In this document: in pieces, positions 32,162-41,400 of the stretch
Numbering within the stretch: position 1 is the first letter of the stretch
Layout: each line of letters opens with the position of its first letter
DNA from: Pedosphaera sp.
GTDB taxonomy: Bacteria; Verrucomicrobiota; Verrucomicrobiia; Limisphaerales; SIBH01
Assembly: GCA_031414955.1 (NCBI GenBank)
Contig: JANOQV010000164.1
Location: 1-64,000, forward strand
Direction of reading: 5' to 3'
DNA length: 64,000 nucleotides
Program-made: the position numbers and the translations under genes
Notes under the pieces: generated by a model
The model's database searches: none
What the model saw: the letters and a program-made list of their open reading frames with translations, nothing else
Told to the model about the DNA's origin: nothing

Positions 32162-34150
32162 ATGAACGCGATACTCACACTCTTCAGGCCACGCTGGCGG
32201 GTCATCGGATCTTGGCTGGCGTTGCTCCTTGCACCCATTCAAGTCTCCGCAGGTCCGGTTTTCTTGGGAGGCGAGGATCTGGATTACCACGGCAACTACA
32301 ACAGCGGTGCCGGACCGAACCAAAAGGGATGGCTCTACATCCAGAAAGCGATTGCCAGCATCTACGCGTGTACGCCTGGGCCTGGTTGTCCTGGGAACGA
32401 TGGGAGCATTGCCGTGCTGGGATGTCCGGCTTCCACGCTTCCGAATGGGACATCGGTTTCCAGCGGACATGCTGGCGCTGCCATACATTTTGCCGCGAAT
32501 GTTGCCTTGGGTAAAACGGTGGTTTTTTACGACGGCGTGGCCGGTATCAACAGTTTCTTCGCCGCCCTTGGTGCCGGCACAGTCAAACCAGCCGTCATCT
32601 ACATCCCCGGAGGGATTGCGGTCAACGGTATCAATACGGCAGAGGGTAATGCGTTGACTGCGCACGCGTTGCAGATCAAAGCCTTCGTCAACTGCGGTGG
32701 CGGCCTGATGGCCCACATCGACATCGCCTCGACCATGGGTTGGGTTTCAGCAGTGCTGCCAGGTTTGGTAATCAACGCCAACTGTTCGTCAACCGGCGCT
32801 ACTCTGACGCCCGACGGCATCGCCGCATTTGGCCTTCTTTCCAACAACGATATTAACAACAATGCGGGCCCGTGCCACCGGACCTTCTCAGGTGTATTGA
32901 ACGGCCTGAAAGTGCTGGCCAATGATGGGACTGGCAAGCCGTTCATCATCGGCGGCGGCTGTGGTACAGTCATTGACCAGCCCTGCCTCTCGATCACCAA
33001 CCGCGCCGTGGATTGCATGTCCACGAACCAAACCTACAAGTGGGATTTCTGCGTCACGAACACTTGGACCGATCCGATCAAGTACCTCAGCCTCACGGAT
33101 CTCCCCGGGGGAGTCACGGTCAACCAGGACATCATCACCCTGCCGTCGGTCCTCATGCCAGGCCAGGGCACCTGCCTCACGATCTACATCACCAACACGC
33201 CGGGGTTGACCAACATGTGCTTCACCATCGGGGCGCATACGACCAACTTCTTCCTCTGCTGTTCGATCACCAATTGCCTCACCTTCGAGCCGTGTTGCGT
33301 GTTCTTCTCCGGCGAAACCATGACCCCGATCGCGGGCACGGGCTGCTACAACTACACCTTCAACGTCCGCAACGTGACGCCCTCGACGACCATGCGCTAC
33401 CTGTTCCTGGTGCAGGATCCGGCTCCGCCGCCAACGTGTGTCACCTTCACGCCGGACATCCTGGTGCTCCCGCCGCTGGCGCCGGGCCAGAGCGTGACGC
33501 GGACGGTCAAAGTCTGCATCGCCTCGGGCTGCACCGGCCCCATCCACTTCCTGGCCTCGGCACATGACACGAACCTGACCCATTGCTGCTCCACGCGGCA
33601 TCGTGTTCCGCCCGCCTCGGTGATCAAGTGGCCTGGCGGTCTGGATGGCACGGTGTTTGAGCCGGGAACCATTCTGTTGCCGATCGAACTGGACACGACT
33701 TTCGTCACCCCAAGCGTCATCACCGTTTACGAGGGCACGAACGTGATCAAGAACCTCGAGTTCGCGCCGGGATCGGAGCCGACCAACGGCGTGAGTGTCA
33801 TCTGGAGCAACGTGGTGGCGGGCACGTACACCTTGCGGGCGCAGGAGACGGACACGCTGGGAGGAGTATGGGACGCTGATCCAGCCACGATTTACGTGGT
33901 GGAGCATGAACATGAACCGGTGGCCCCGGATATCGCGCCGCCGCTCACCGGACTGAAGTGCGTGGGCGATGCCTTGAGCTTCTGCCTGGCGACCACGGCC
34001 GGCCGCACCTACCACATCGAATCGGCCGATTCGCTGACCGCACCCAGCTGGACCCTGGTCCGGGACGTGGTGGGCGACGGAACGATCATCACCGTGACCA
34101 ACACGATGACGAGCGCGCCGCAGCGGTTCTATCGCGTGCGCGGCGACTAG
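32162..34150 (+). CDS. secreted protein: unknown N-terminal head, two Cys-rich repeats, Ig-like domain, FYR tail
   Basis: signal peptide ending VSA; C-terminal ~390 aa homologous to the C-terminus of 25780-31965; ends QRFYRVRGD. Confidence 0.85.
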   Translation: MNAILTLFRPRWRVIGSWLALLLAPIQVSAGPVFLGGEDLDYHGNYNSGAGPNQKGWLYIQKAIASIYACTPGPGCPGNDGSIAVLGCPASTLPNGTSVSSGHAGAAIHFAANVALGKTVVFYDGVAGINSFFAALGAGTVKPAVIYIPGGIAVNGINTAEGNALTAHALQIKAFVNCGGGLMAHIDIASTMGWVSAVLPGLVINANCSSTGATLTPDGIAAFGLLSNNDINNNAGPCHRTFSGVLNGLKVLANDGTGKPFIIGGGCGTVIDQPCLSITNRAVDCMSTNQTYKWDFCVTNTWTDPIKYLSLTDLPGGVTVNQDIITLPSVLMPGQGTCLTIYITNTPGLTNMCFTIGAHTTNFFLCCSITNCLTFEPCCVFFSGETMTPIAGTGCYNYTFNVRNVTPSTTMRYLFLVQDPAPPPTCVTFTPDILVLPPLAPGQSVTRTVKVCIASGCTGPIHFLASAHDTNLTHCCSTRHRVPPASVIKWPGGLDGTVFEPGTILLPIELDTTFVTPSVITVYEGTNVIKNLEFAPGSEPTNGVSVIWSNVVAGTYTLRAQETDTLGGVWDADPATIYVVEHEHEPVAPDIAPPLTGLKCVGDALSFCLATTAGRTYHIESADSLTAPSWTLVRDVVGDGTIITVTNTMTSAPQRFYRVRGD

Positions 34151-34211
34151 CAATTGCGACCCCGGCTGGAGCCGCGCGCCCACGCGGCTCCAGCCCCGGG
34201 GTGTCACGATC

Positions 34212-37200
34212 ATGAACCCAACCCACGCCAGCATGACGACGAAGGCACCGAGCCACGGAGCTTGGGCGGCGGCGGATGGCACGCACCCGCCCTTGGTGGA
34301 CGGGTCAGGGTTAAGACAATTTTTCCGCAGTTCCAACACACCGGTCAGAGCAAGACTGTGGTCGGCACTGGGCCTGAGTCTGGTGGTCGTCGTGACCGCC
34401 ATGCAGGCGTCGGCCCAATCGCCGCCCGAGTTGGAACCGCTGATCGAGAGTGCCGGCACGTTGCCGGGCACCCGGCGGCAGTTGGACGTGCGGGCCGCCG
34501 CGCCCGTGGCGGCCGCCGTGCCGGCGGGCACGCATGTCATCAGCATCACACCGCCGGGCCAGGCCACGCGCCAGCTTGCTTCCACCAACATCGTGGTGCG
34601 GTTCAACAGCCCGATCGATCCGCTGACGGTGAACACGAATTCCTTCCTCGTCGCAGGCGAAACGCGCGGGCGCTATGCGGGCAGCTTTTCATTCGCCGCC
34701 GGCAACACAGAAATCACGTTCACTCCCGGTTCGGCTTTCGACCGGGGCGAAACGGTTCGGATCGACGTGAGCTGTTTGATCAAAGACGCGCTCGGCGACG
34801 CCATCCGTCCGTGGGCTTCGCAGTTTGCGGTGGGCGGCGAGAGCAACGTGGCGGAGTTTGCTCAGGGCCAGACTTATGGCGCGGGGCAAAAGCCTTTGTC
34901 GGTGCTGGCCTATGATCTCGACGGCGACGGGAATCTCGATCTGGTGGTGGCCAACACCTCCTGGCAGGGAACGGGCACCAACAAGACCATCTCCGTGCTG
35001 ATGGGTCTGGGCGACGGCACCTTCGCGGACAAGGTTGACTATGTGACGGATACGGCGGACGGACCGTTGCCGTTGGGGATCGCGGTGGCTGATCTGGACG
35101 GCGACGGCGACGGCGACCTCGTGGTCGCCAATCGTGGCACGGCAAACGTGGCCGTGTTGCGCAACGACGGCACGGGCCAGTTCAGCGTACCCCAACACTT
35201 TCCCGTCCAGGGCGGACCGGTGCGGGTTCAACTGGGCGACCTGGACGGCGATGGATTTCTCGATCTCGCCGCGACCCATGGCGGACTAAATGGCGATGGC
35301 GAAGGCGTGAGCGTACTCTTCGGCCTCGGTGACGGCACTTTCGGCACGCCGCTGCATATCAGCACCGGAAAGACGCACTGGGGACTGGCGCTCAACGACT
35401 TGAATGGTGACGGACGCCTGGACCTCGTGACTGCGGAGAACTGGGAGTGGACGTGTTCGGTCTTCCTGAATCTGGGCGGACGTGCTTTTGCCGCACCGGC
35501 CCCATATCCCGTTGGTGCTACTCCCCGCGATCTGGCGGTGGCGGATTTCAACGGCGATGGCTGGCCGGACGTGGTTACGGCAAACCAGAACGGCAGCAGC
35601 ATTACCATTTCCACGAACAGACTGGATGGCACGTTGGGCGGTCGCGTGGACGCTCTGGTCAACGGTCAACCGGTCGGGGTCATCGCAGCGGATTTCGATG
35701 GTGATGGCCGGCCGGAGATCGCCACGGCCAACCATTTCGGCGGTTCCATCTACAACGCCCGTTCCGTGACGGTGTGGCATAACGCCGGCGGTGGGTTCGA
35801 TTTTCACAAGGAGATTTTCACCGGCGGTTCGCAACCCATCGCTCTGGTGGCCGGCGATTTTGACAACGACGGCGACCCCGATCTCGTGACGGCCAACTGG
35901 AGCGGCAACTCGGTCTCGTTGCTCAAGAATGCACCGGCCAGCATGACCGGATTGGTTTATGTCGATGCCGATGGCAGTTGCACGCAAAACGGCCCGGACG
36001 AACTGGGCGTGGGCGGACGGCTGGTGCGGGTGATGGAAACGCCCTCGGGCGTGACGCGCTACGCGAGCACCCGGCAGGACGGCACGTTTGCGGCGATTGT
36101 GCCCAACGGCAGCTACCGGGTGAACCTGGTGCATAACGCCACGACCACGGAGGCCTGCAACAACGGCCTGGGAATCACCTACAACGTAGTGGTGACGAAT
36201 GGCGCTCCCGTGGCCGGACTGGTCTTTGGTCCCTCGCCCAGTTGCCAGGCCGATGTGACCTGCGCCTCGATCATCAGTTGGCCGTGCCCGGTCTCCTCGC
36301 CGGTGCCTTGCGTTCATGACAACGATCACCATCGGCGCACCCTTTGTCCGTGTGAAAGATTTCAGTATCGCGTCACGGTGAGGAATGCCGGGACCACGAC
36401 GTGGAACTCGGGCATGATCGTGGAACTCCGGCTTGATCCTGGCGTCATGTTCTGCGGTTTCCCGACCTTGTTCTCGGTTAACAACTTTGGCTGTGGCGCG
36501 GTCACGGGGCTCGGAGCTTTCTTGGGCGCGGCGAATCCGCTGCCTTGTTCTCCTCCAGGTTGTAGTGCCAGTTCCGGCCAGCGGGTCCGCTGGCAGGTGA
36601 ATTGTGCTTGGCCGGCTGGCGACCAAGGCGATTTTCTCGTCGATGTGCAGGTGGCCAATGTCCCGCTGACCACGGTGCTGACGGCCACGCCGTTCATCGT
36701 GGGCTTCTGTGGAATGTCTCCCATTGGTGGACCGGCCTTTCCCGGCACCCCCAGCGTGGACACGGTGAATTGCTCCTTTGATCCGAACGACAAAACGGTT
36801 GCGCCTTCCGGTTGCGGTCCCTCCGGCAACGTGGCGCTCGGCACGCCGCTCGAATACCGCGTGCGCTTTCAAAACCTCGGCACGGCTCCGGCCTACCGCG
36901 TGCTCATCCGCGATCAACTTGATGCGAAACTCGACGCCGAGACCGTGGAGATTCTTTCCACCAGCCACACGCTCACCGATTTCCAAATCCTGCCCGGTGG
37001 CCAGATGATCTGGACCTTCGACGGCATCAACCTGGCCGACGCCACGAGCGATGAACTAGGCAGTCGCGGCGAGGTGCGCTTTCGCATCCGGCCCAAGTCG
37101 TCGGCGGGAGAGGGCAGCGTCATCCTGAACAGTGCCGCCATTTACTTCGATGTGAATCCGCCCGTCCTCACCGCGACCACCACCAACACCTTGCGGCTGC

Positions 37201-38381
37201 TTCCGGACCCTGCGGCGGCTTTCACGTCGCGCCACTCGGACACGCAGGCGGGGATGTTTTATGACTTCAGCTACACCGGCAACACACCGGACGGCGCGGA
37301 TTACGCGTGGGACTTTGGGCCGGACGCCACGCCCGCCACGTCCACGAATCGCAACCCGGCCGGAATACAATTCACCACGCCGGGACCGAAGCTGGTCACG
37401 CTGACCGTGCCACGGTTTGGTTGCACAGCCGCCGTCGCTCAATCCGTGGATGCGATATTCATCCCCTTGCTCTGCTCGTCGAACCTCGTCGTGGAGGCGA
37501 CCAGTCCGGCCGGGGCGTTGGTCGCGTTCAATGTCAGCACGGCTCCCAGCAATTGTCCCGGCGCGTTGATGGTGGAATGCCTGCCTCCGTCGGGCACTGA
37601 GTTTCCCATCGGCCACACGGTGGTGAACTGTTCCGCCTCCGACATGTGCGGCACGACCAACAGTTGCAGCTTCGCGGTGGATGTGGTGCGGCCGCCGGTG
37701 CTGTTCAATTGCCCGGGCAACCTTGTTTTATACACCGGTGCCAATCCCACCGGCGCGGTGGCGTTCTACAGTCCCACGGCCAACAGCCGTTGCGAAAGCA
37801 ACCTCGTGGTCCAGTGCGCGCCGCCCTCGGGCAGCTTCTTTCCGGTGGGCCTCACGCCGGTGACATGTGTCGCCGCGGATCGTTGCGGCACCAGCAACCA
37901 GTGTTCTTTCGTGGTTCAGGTGACACCGCAGCCGGGCTTGCACCTCGTCTGCCCGCCGGACCTGCGGGTGGCAACCACCTCGGCCACGGGCACGAATGTC
38001 TTTTTTCAAGTGGAGGCCACGAGCGATTGCGGCCCCTTCGACTTCTTCGTGGATTGTTATCCGCCCTCCGGCAGCTTTTTCCCCATCGGCCGGACCACGG
38101 TGGAGTGCTACGGCTACGACTTTGCCTGTGGATTCGAAGCGACGTGCAGCTTCGCGGTGGAGGTCGTGCCGGCCGTGCTCCTCAAGATCGCTCGGGCCAG
38201 CGAAGGTGTGCTGCTCTCCTGGCCTGATCCTTCGACGGGTTTCGCGCTGCAATCCAGCGCGCCGCTCTTGAGCACCAACTGGCTGGAGGTGCTGCTGCCG
38301 ATCATCGTCGTGGGCGCGGAGAAGCAAGTGACGGTGCCGGCGACGAACGAGGCGCAATTTTATCGCCTGTTCAAACCGTAG
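34212..38381 (+). CDS. secreted protein: Ig-like (SbsA/Big_5), FG-GAP/VCBS repeats, SdrD-B-like, SxDPNDK domain, PKD, three HYR, FYR tail
   Basis: DLDGDGxxDLVVAN repeats; GLVYVDADGSC; SFDPNDK...YRVRFQNLGTA...IYFDVNPP; YAWDFG; PPSGxxFPIGxTxVxC x3; ends AQFYRLFKP; start codon uncertain. Confidence 0.85.
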   Translation: MNPTHASMTTKAPSHGAWAAADGTHPPLVDGSGLRQFFRSSNTPVRARLWSALGLSLVVVVTAMQASAQSPPELEPLIESAGTLPGTRRQLDVRAAAPVAAAVPAGTHVISITPPGQATRQLASTNIVVRFNSPIDPLTVNTNSFLVAGETRGRYAGSFSFAAGNTEITFTPGSAFDRGETVRIDVSCLIKDALGDAIRPWASQFAVGGESNVAEFAQGQTYGAGQKPLSVLAYDLDGDGNLDLVVANTSWQGTGTNKTISVLMGLGDGTFADKVDYVTDTADGPLPLGIAVADLDGDGDGDLVVANRGTANVAVLRNDGTGQFSVPQHFPVQGGPVRVQLGDLDGDGFLDLAATHGGLNGDGEGVSVLFGLGDGTFGTPLHISTGKTHWGLALNDLNGDGRLDLVTAENWEWTCSVFLNLGGRAFAAPAPYPVGATPRDLAVADFNGDGWPDVVTANQNGSSITISTNRLDGTLGGRVDALVNGQPVGVIAADFDGDGRPEIATANHFGGSIYNARSVTVWHNAGGGFDFHKEIFTGGSQPIALVAGDFDNDGDPDLVTANWSGNSVSLLKNAPASMTGLVYVDADGSCTQNGPDELGVGGRLVRVMETPSGVTRYASTRQDGTFAAIVPNGSYRVNLVHNATTTEACNNGLGITYNVVVTNGAPVAGLVFGPSPSCQADVTCASIISWPCPVSSPVPCVHDNDHHRRTLCPCERFQYRVTVRNAGTTTWNSGMIVELRLDPGVMFCGFPTLFSVNNFGCGAVTGLGAFLGAANPLPCSPPGCSASSGQRVRWQVNCAWPAGDQGDFLVDVQVANVPLTTVLTATPFIVGFCGMSPIGGPAFPGTPSVDTVNCSFDPNDKTVAPSGCGPSGNVALGTPLEYRVRFQNLGTAPAYRVLIRDQLDAKLDAETVEILSTSHTLTDFQILPGGQMIWTFDGINLADATSDELGSRGEVRFRIRPKSSAGEGSVILNSAAIYFDVNPPVLTATTTNTLRLLPDPAAAFTSRHSDTQAGMFYDFSYTGNTPDGADYAWDFGPDATPATSTNRNPAGIQFTTPGPKLVTLTVPRFGCTAAVAQSVDAIFIPLLCSSNLVVEATSPAGALVAFNVSTAPSNCPGALMVECLPPSGTEFPIGHTVVNCSASDMCGTTNSCSFAVDVVRPPVLFNCPGNLVLYTGANPTGAVAFYSPTANSRCESNLVVQCAPPSGSFFPVGLTPVTCVAADRCGTSNQCSFVVQVTPQPGLHLVCPPDLRVATTSATGTNVFFQVEATSDCGPFDFFVDCYPPSGSFFPIGRTTVECYGYDFACGFEATCSFAVEVVPAVLLKIARASEGVLLSWPDPSTGFALQSSAPLLSTNWLEVLLPIIVVGAEKQVTVPATNEAQFYRLFKP

Positions 38382-38452
38382 GCCGGACTGCGGAAGAGGA
38401 TTTTCTGAAACACAATTTGAGAACCGAAGCAGTTCAAAACCAAAGAGAAGTT

Positions 38453-41400
38453 ATGCAAAAGACATCAGTTGAAATCGGAGCGGCGGCGAGTTCGTCCGCC
38501 GGTGCGTGGTGTAAGTTCCGCTCAACCGTTCTGCACAAGACTCTGCTGGGCGTTCTTTGCCTGGCCACCTTGGGCGTTCAGCCGGGGCAAGCAGGTGTGC
38601 CCAGCATCGAAATCGAGTCGGCGATCCTCACGCATCAGGTCCAGCTCATTCCCGCTTCAGGAAGCGCGGCGGACACTTGCCTGAACGCCGGCGAGCAAAT
38701 GTCCCAGGGCCGGGCCAATGCCTTCAGTGACCAGTGGCTGAACGGGCCGCAGATTTACGCCTTATGCCCACCTTGGTTGGGGGATTCCTTGTTGTATCCG
38801 TCCATTCCACTCACCGCTTTCGCCTATCCGGTCCCGGCCAGCGGGCGCAGCGCCACGATTGTTGTCCCGGTCAATTTTTACCAGGCCGAGGCCGGTTCGT
38901 CGCCGTGGAACCTCTGTTTGCTGCAACCCGCGCCGGTGGATTACGCGGTGGATTCCTCGGTGCGGCTGGCCGGTGGTCGGAAGTATTATTTGTTTGATCG
39001 TCTGCCCTTCTACACCGGCACACCGCCCTTCGTCGATCGCTTCCCCGCGCTGAACAACCGACTGGTGCAGGAAGTCCCCGGGGTGATGCAGGTTCGTCTT
39101 CTCTGTCCGGAAGTAGGCAATCCGTTGCGCACCATCAGCGCGGTGCGTGTCGCGGCCACGCTCACCACCGGCCCGCAAGCCGGGCAGGTGCAGGCGGAGA
39201 TTTCGAGTCTGGCTTCCGGGGCTTCGGTGCTCGACGACGTATTGTTTGTGCGCGGGGGTGAAACCTACGACGTAAGCATTCTCTACACTTCCAACACGGA
39301 CGACTATCTCAACAAGTTCACCTGGGGCTGCGTGCGCAATTCGATCACCGTACCGCCGAACGGACCCAAGTTTCCGGTGGATTGCATCGGCCTGCCGTGT
39401 CTGATTGACACGATTCCTGCCTGCGCCGACGGGAGTTTTTATTATTTCGGCCACATCGTCGGCCAGGCTGATCTGCTGGGCGGCATCATCGAGAACCCCG
39501 GCACCCGCATCGTGGCTGATGGCGGCACCTATGGAAATTACCGCTACGGCTTGCTGAATCCGTATCTGACCGCGAGCGGCGGCGGGCCTTTTCTCCTCAC
39601 CAACGTCATGGCGCTGGGCGGACAGAATTACCGCGTTTACGCCAACATGAGTTTTTCCATCTCGGGCCAGACCGAAGATTTCACCACGCCCTGCACCACC
39701 GCCCATGTCGATCCGTGCCAGACCACGGACATCGGCGACAAGCTCGTCATGAACCCCGGCTACGTGACCGGGAACATTTTGCTCAAGGGCTTCACCGACA
39801 CGGTTAACTGCCCGTGTCTGGACCTGCTCGACCGGCCCGGTTCGCGCGTGAGGGCCAGCGGGCCTTGCACCGGCGCGGCGGCGGTCACCTTCGCCGGCAG
39901 CACCACGGCGGGAACTTTCTCGGGCAGTTACAACATGGCGCTGGCGGGGCTCAAACCGGCGAGCGGATTTCCCGATCAAAGCGTGTGGGATCCGAACGTC
40001 CTGGCCCTGCATTTCTACGACGCCGGACTCGGCGTGAACAACAACGTCACCATCACCGACAATTTGTTTGCCAACCAGACCATCGTGGCCGGGGCCACGA
40101 TCAACAACGATCACGAGTACTGCTTCTCGTCGGTCACGTTTCGTTTCATCAACTCCAACCCGGCCCGTCCATTCTCGAACCCGACCATTTCGGGCAACGG
40201 CTCTTTCGGCACAGTCGGCACGCCCGCAATCGATTTTCTCGGCAACCCGGCCGCGTATGGCGTGGTGGTGAGCGGGTCTGGCCCGAGCGTCGCGTTTCCT
40301 GCTTACAACGAGGGTTCGGTGAAGATGTGCCTGCCGCAGGGCACCTACACCGTCACGCCCTCGATGTCGTATCCGGAAGGTGGCGCGACCGCGCCCAACG
40401 TCACCTTCACCGTGGGCTGCAACGAGAAGCTGATCATCGATGTCCTGGACAGCCCGAGCAACTGCTGTGACCAGTGTGTCGCGCCGTATCCTCTCAGCTA
40501 CACGGTGACGGTTCAGCCCGGTTTCAATTTCCTTGTGAACCATCTTTGCCACGGCACGAATCACTTGCTGGACGAAGTCATTCCCACCGTTCCGGACGGG
40601 ACGGTGTTGTACAAGTGGAATCCGGTCACGCAGGGCTTCAGCAGCCCTTCGACCTACTACGTAGGCATCGGCTGGCTCGACTCTGGTTTCAGTCCCTCCA
40701 CCGACACGCTGCCCCCGGGTGAGGGCTTCTCCCTGTATAATCCCGGCGCGGCCTTCTCTCTCACCTTCGAAGGTTGCGAACCGACCTGTCCGCCGCCCTG
40801 CCAGCCAACCCCGACGAATGGCTGCTCGCTGGTCGGGCGGATCGGCATCGGCACCGCGACCTACACGAATCTGTACCTGTGCCCGCCACTTTGCGGTACC
40901 CGGGTCAGCATCTGGAACACGACCAACCAAAACTTCAGCGACTACAATTACGTGGGGGGCACTTGGCTGCCGCCGCTGCCCTTACTGCCGGTCGGCCATT
41001 CGGCTTTTGTCTGCGTGACCCCGAACACGAATGAACTCGCGGTCATCTGCGCCACCAACAAAACCGTGGAGTGCGGGCAGGACTGGACGTTCAACCCGCC
41101 CACCTTTGGCAGCAACACCTGCTGCGGCAACAACATCGTGATCAATATCGCCGCCACATTGACCAACCTCGGTCCCTGCGTCTCGACCTACACCCGCATC
41201 TGGCAGATCACCGACTGTTTCACGAACAGCCTTACCTGCACCCAGACGGTCACGGCGGTGGACACCACGCGGCCGGTCATCCACTGCCCGACCAACATGT
41301 TTGTGTCCGGTGCCAGTGCGACGGGCGCCGTGGTCAACTACACGGTCACGGCCACGGACAACTGTGGCGTGCCCTCGATCCTCTGTGTGCCGCCTTCCGG

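Noticed and set aside
32034..32165. Short ORF ending in an ATGA overlap with the 32162 gene, containing CCAAACAGCAG twice
   Set aside because: No motif or other support for translation; may be chance or 5' UTR sequence.
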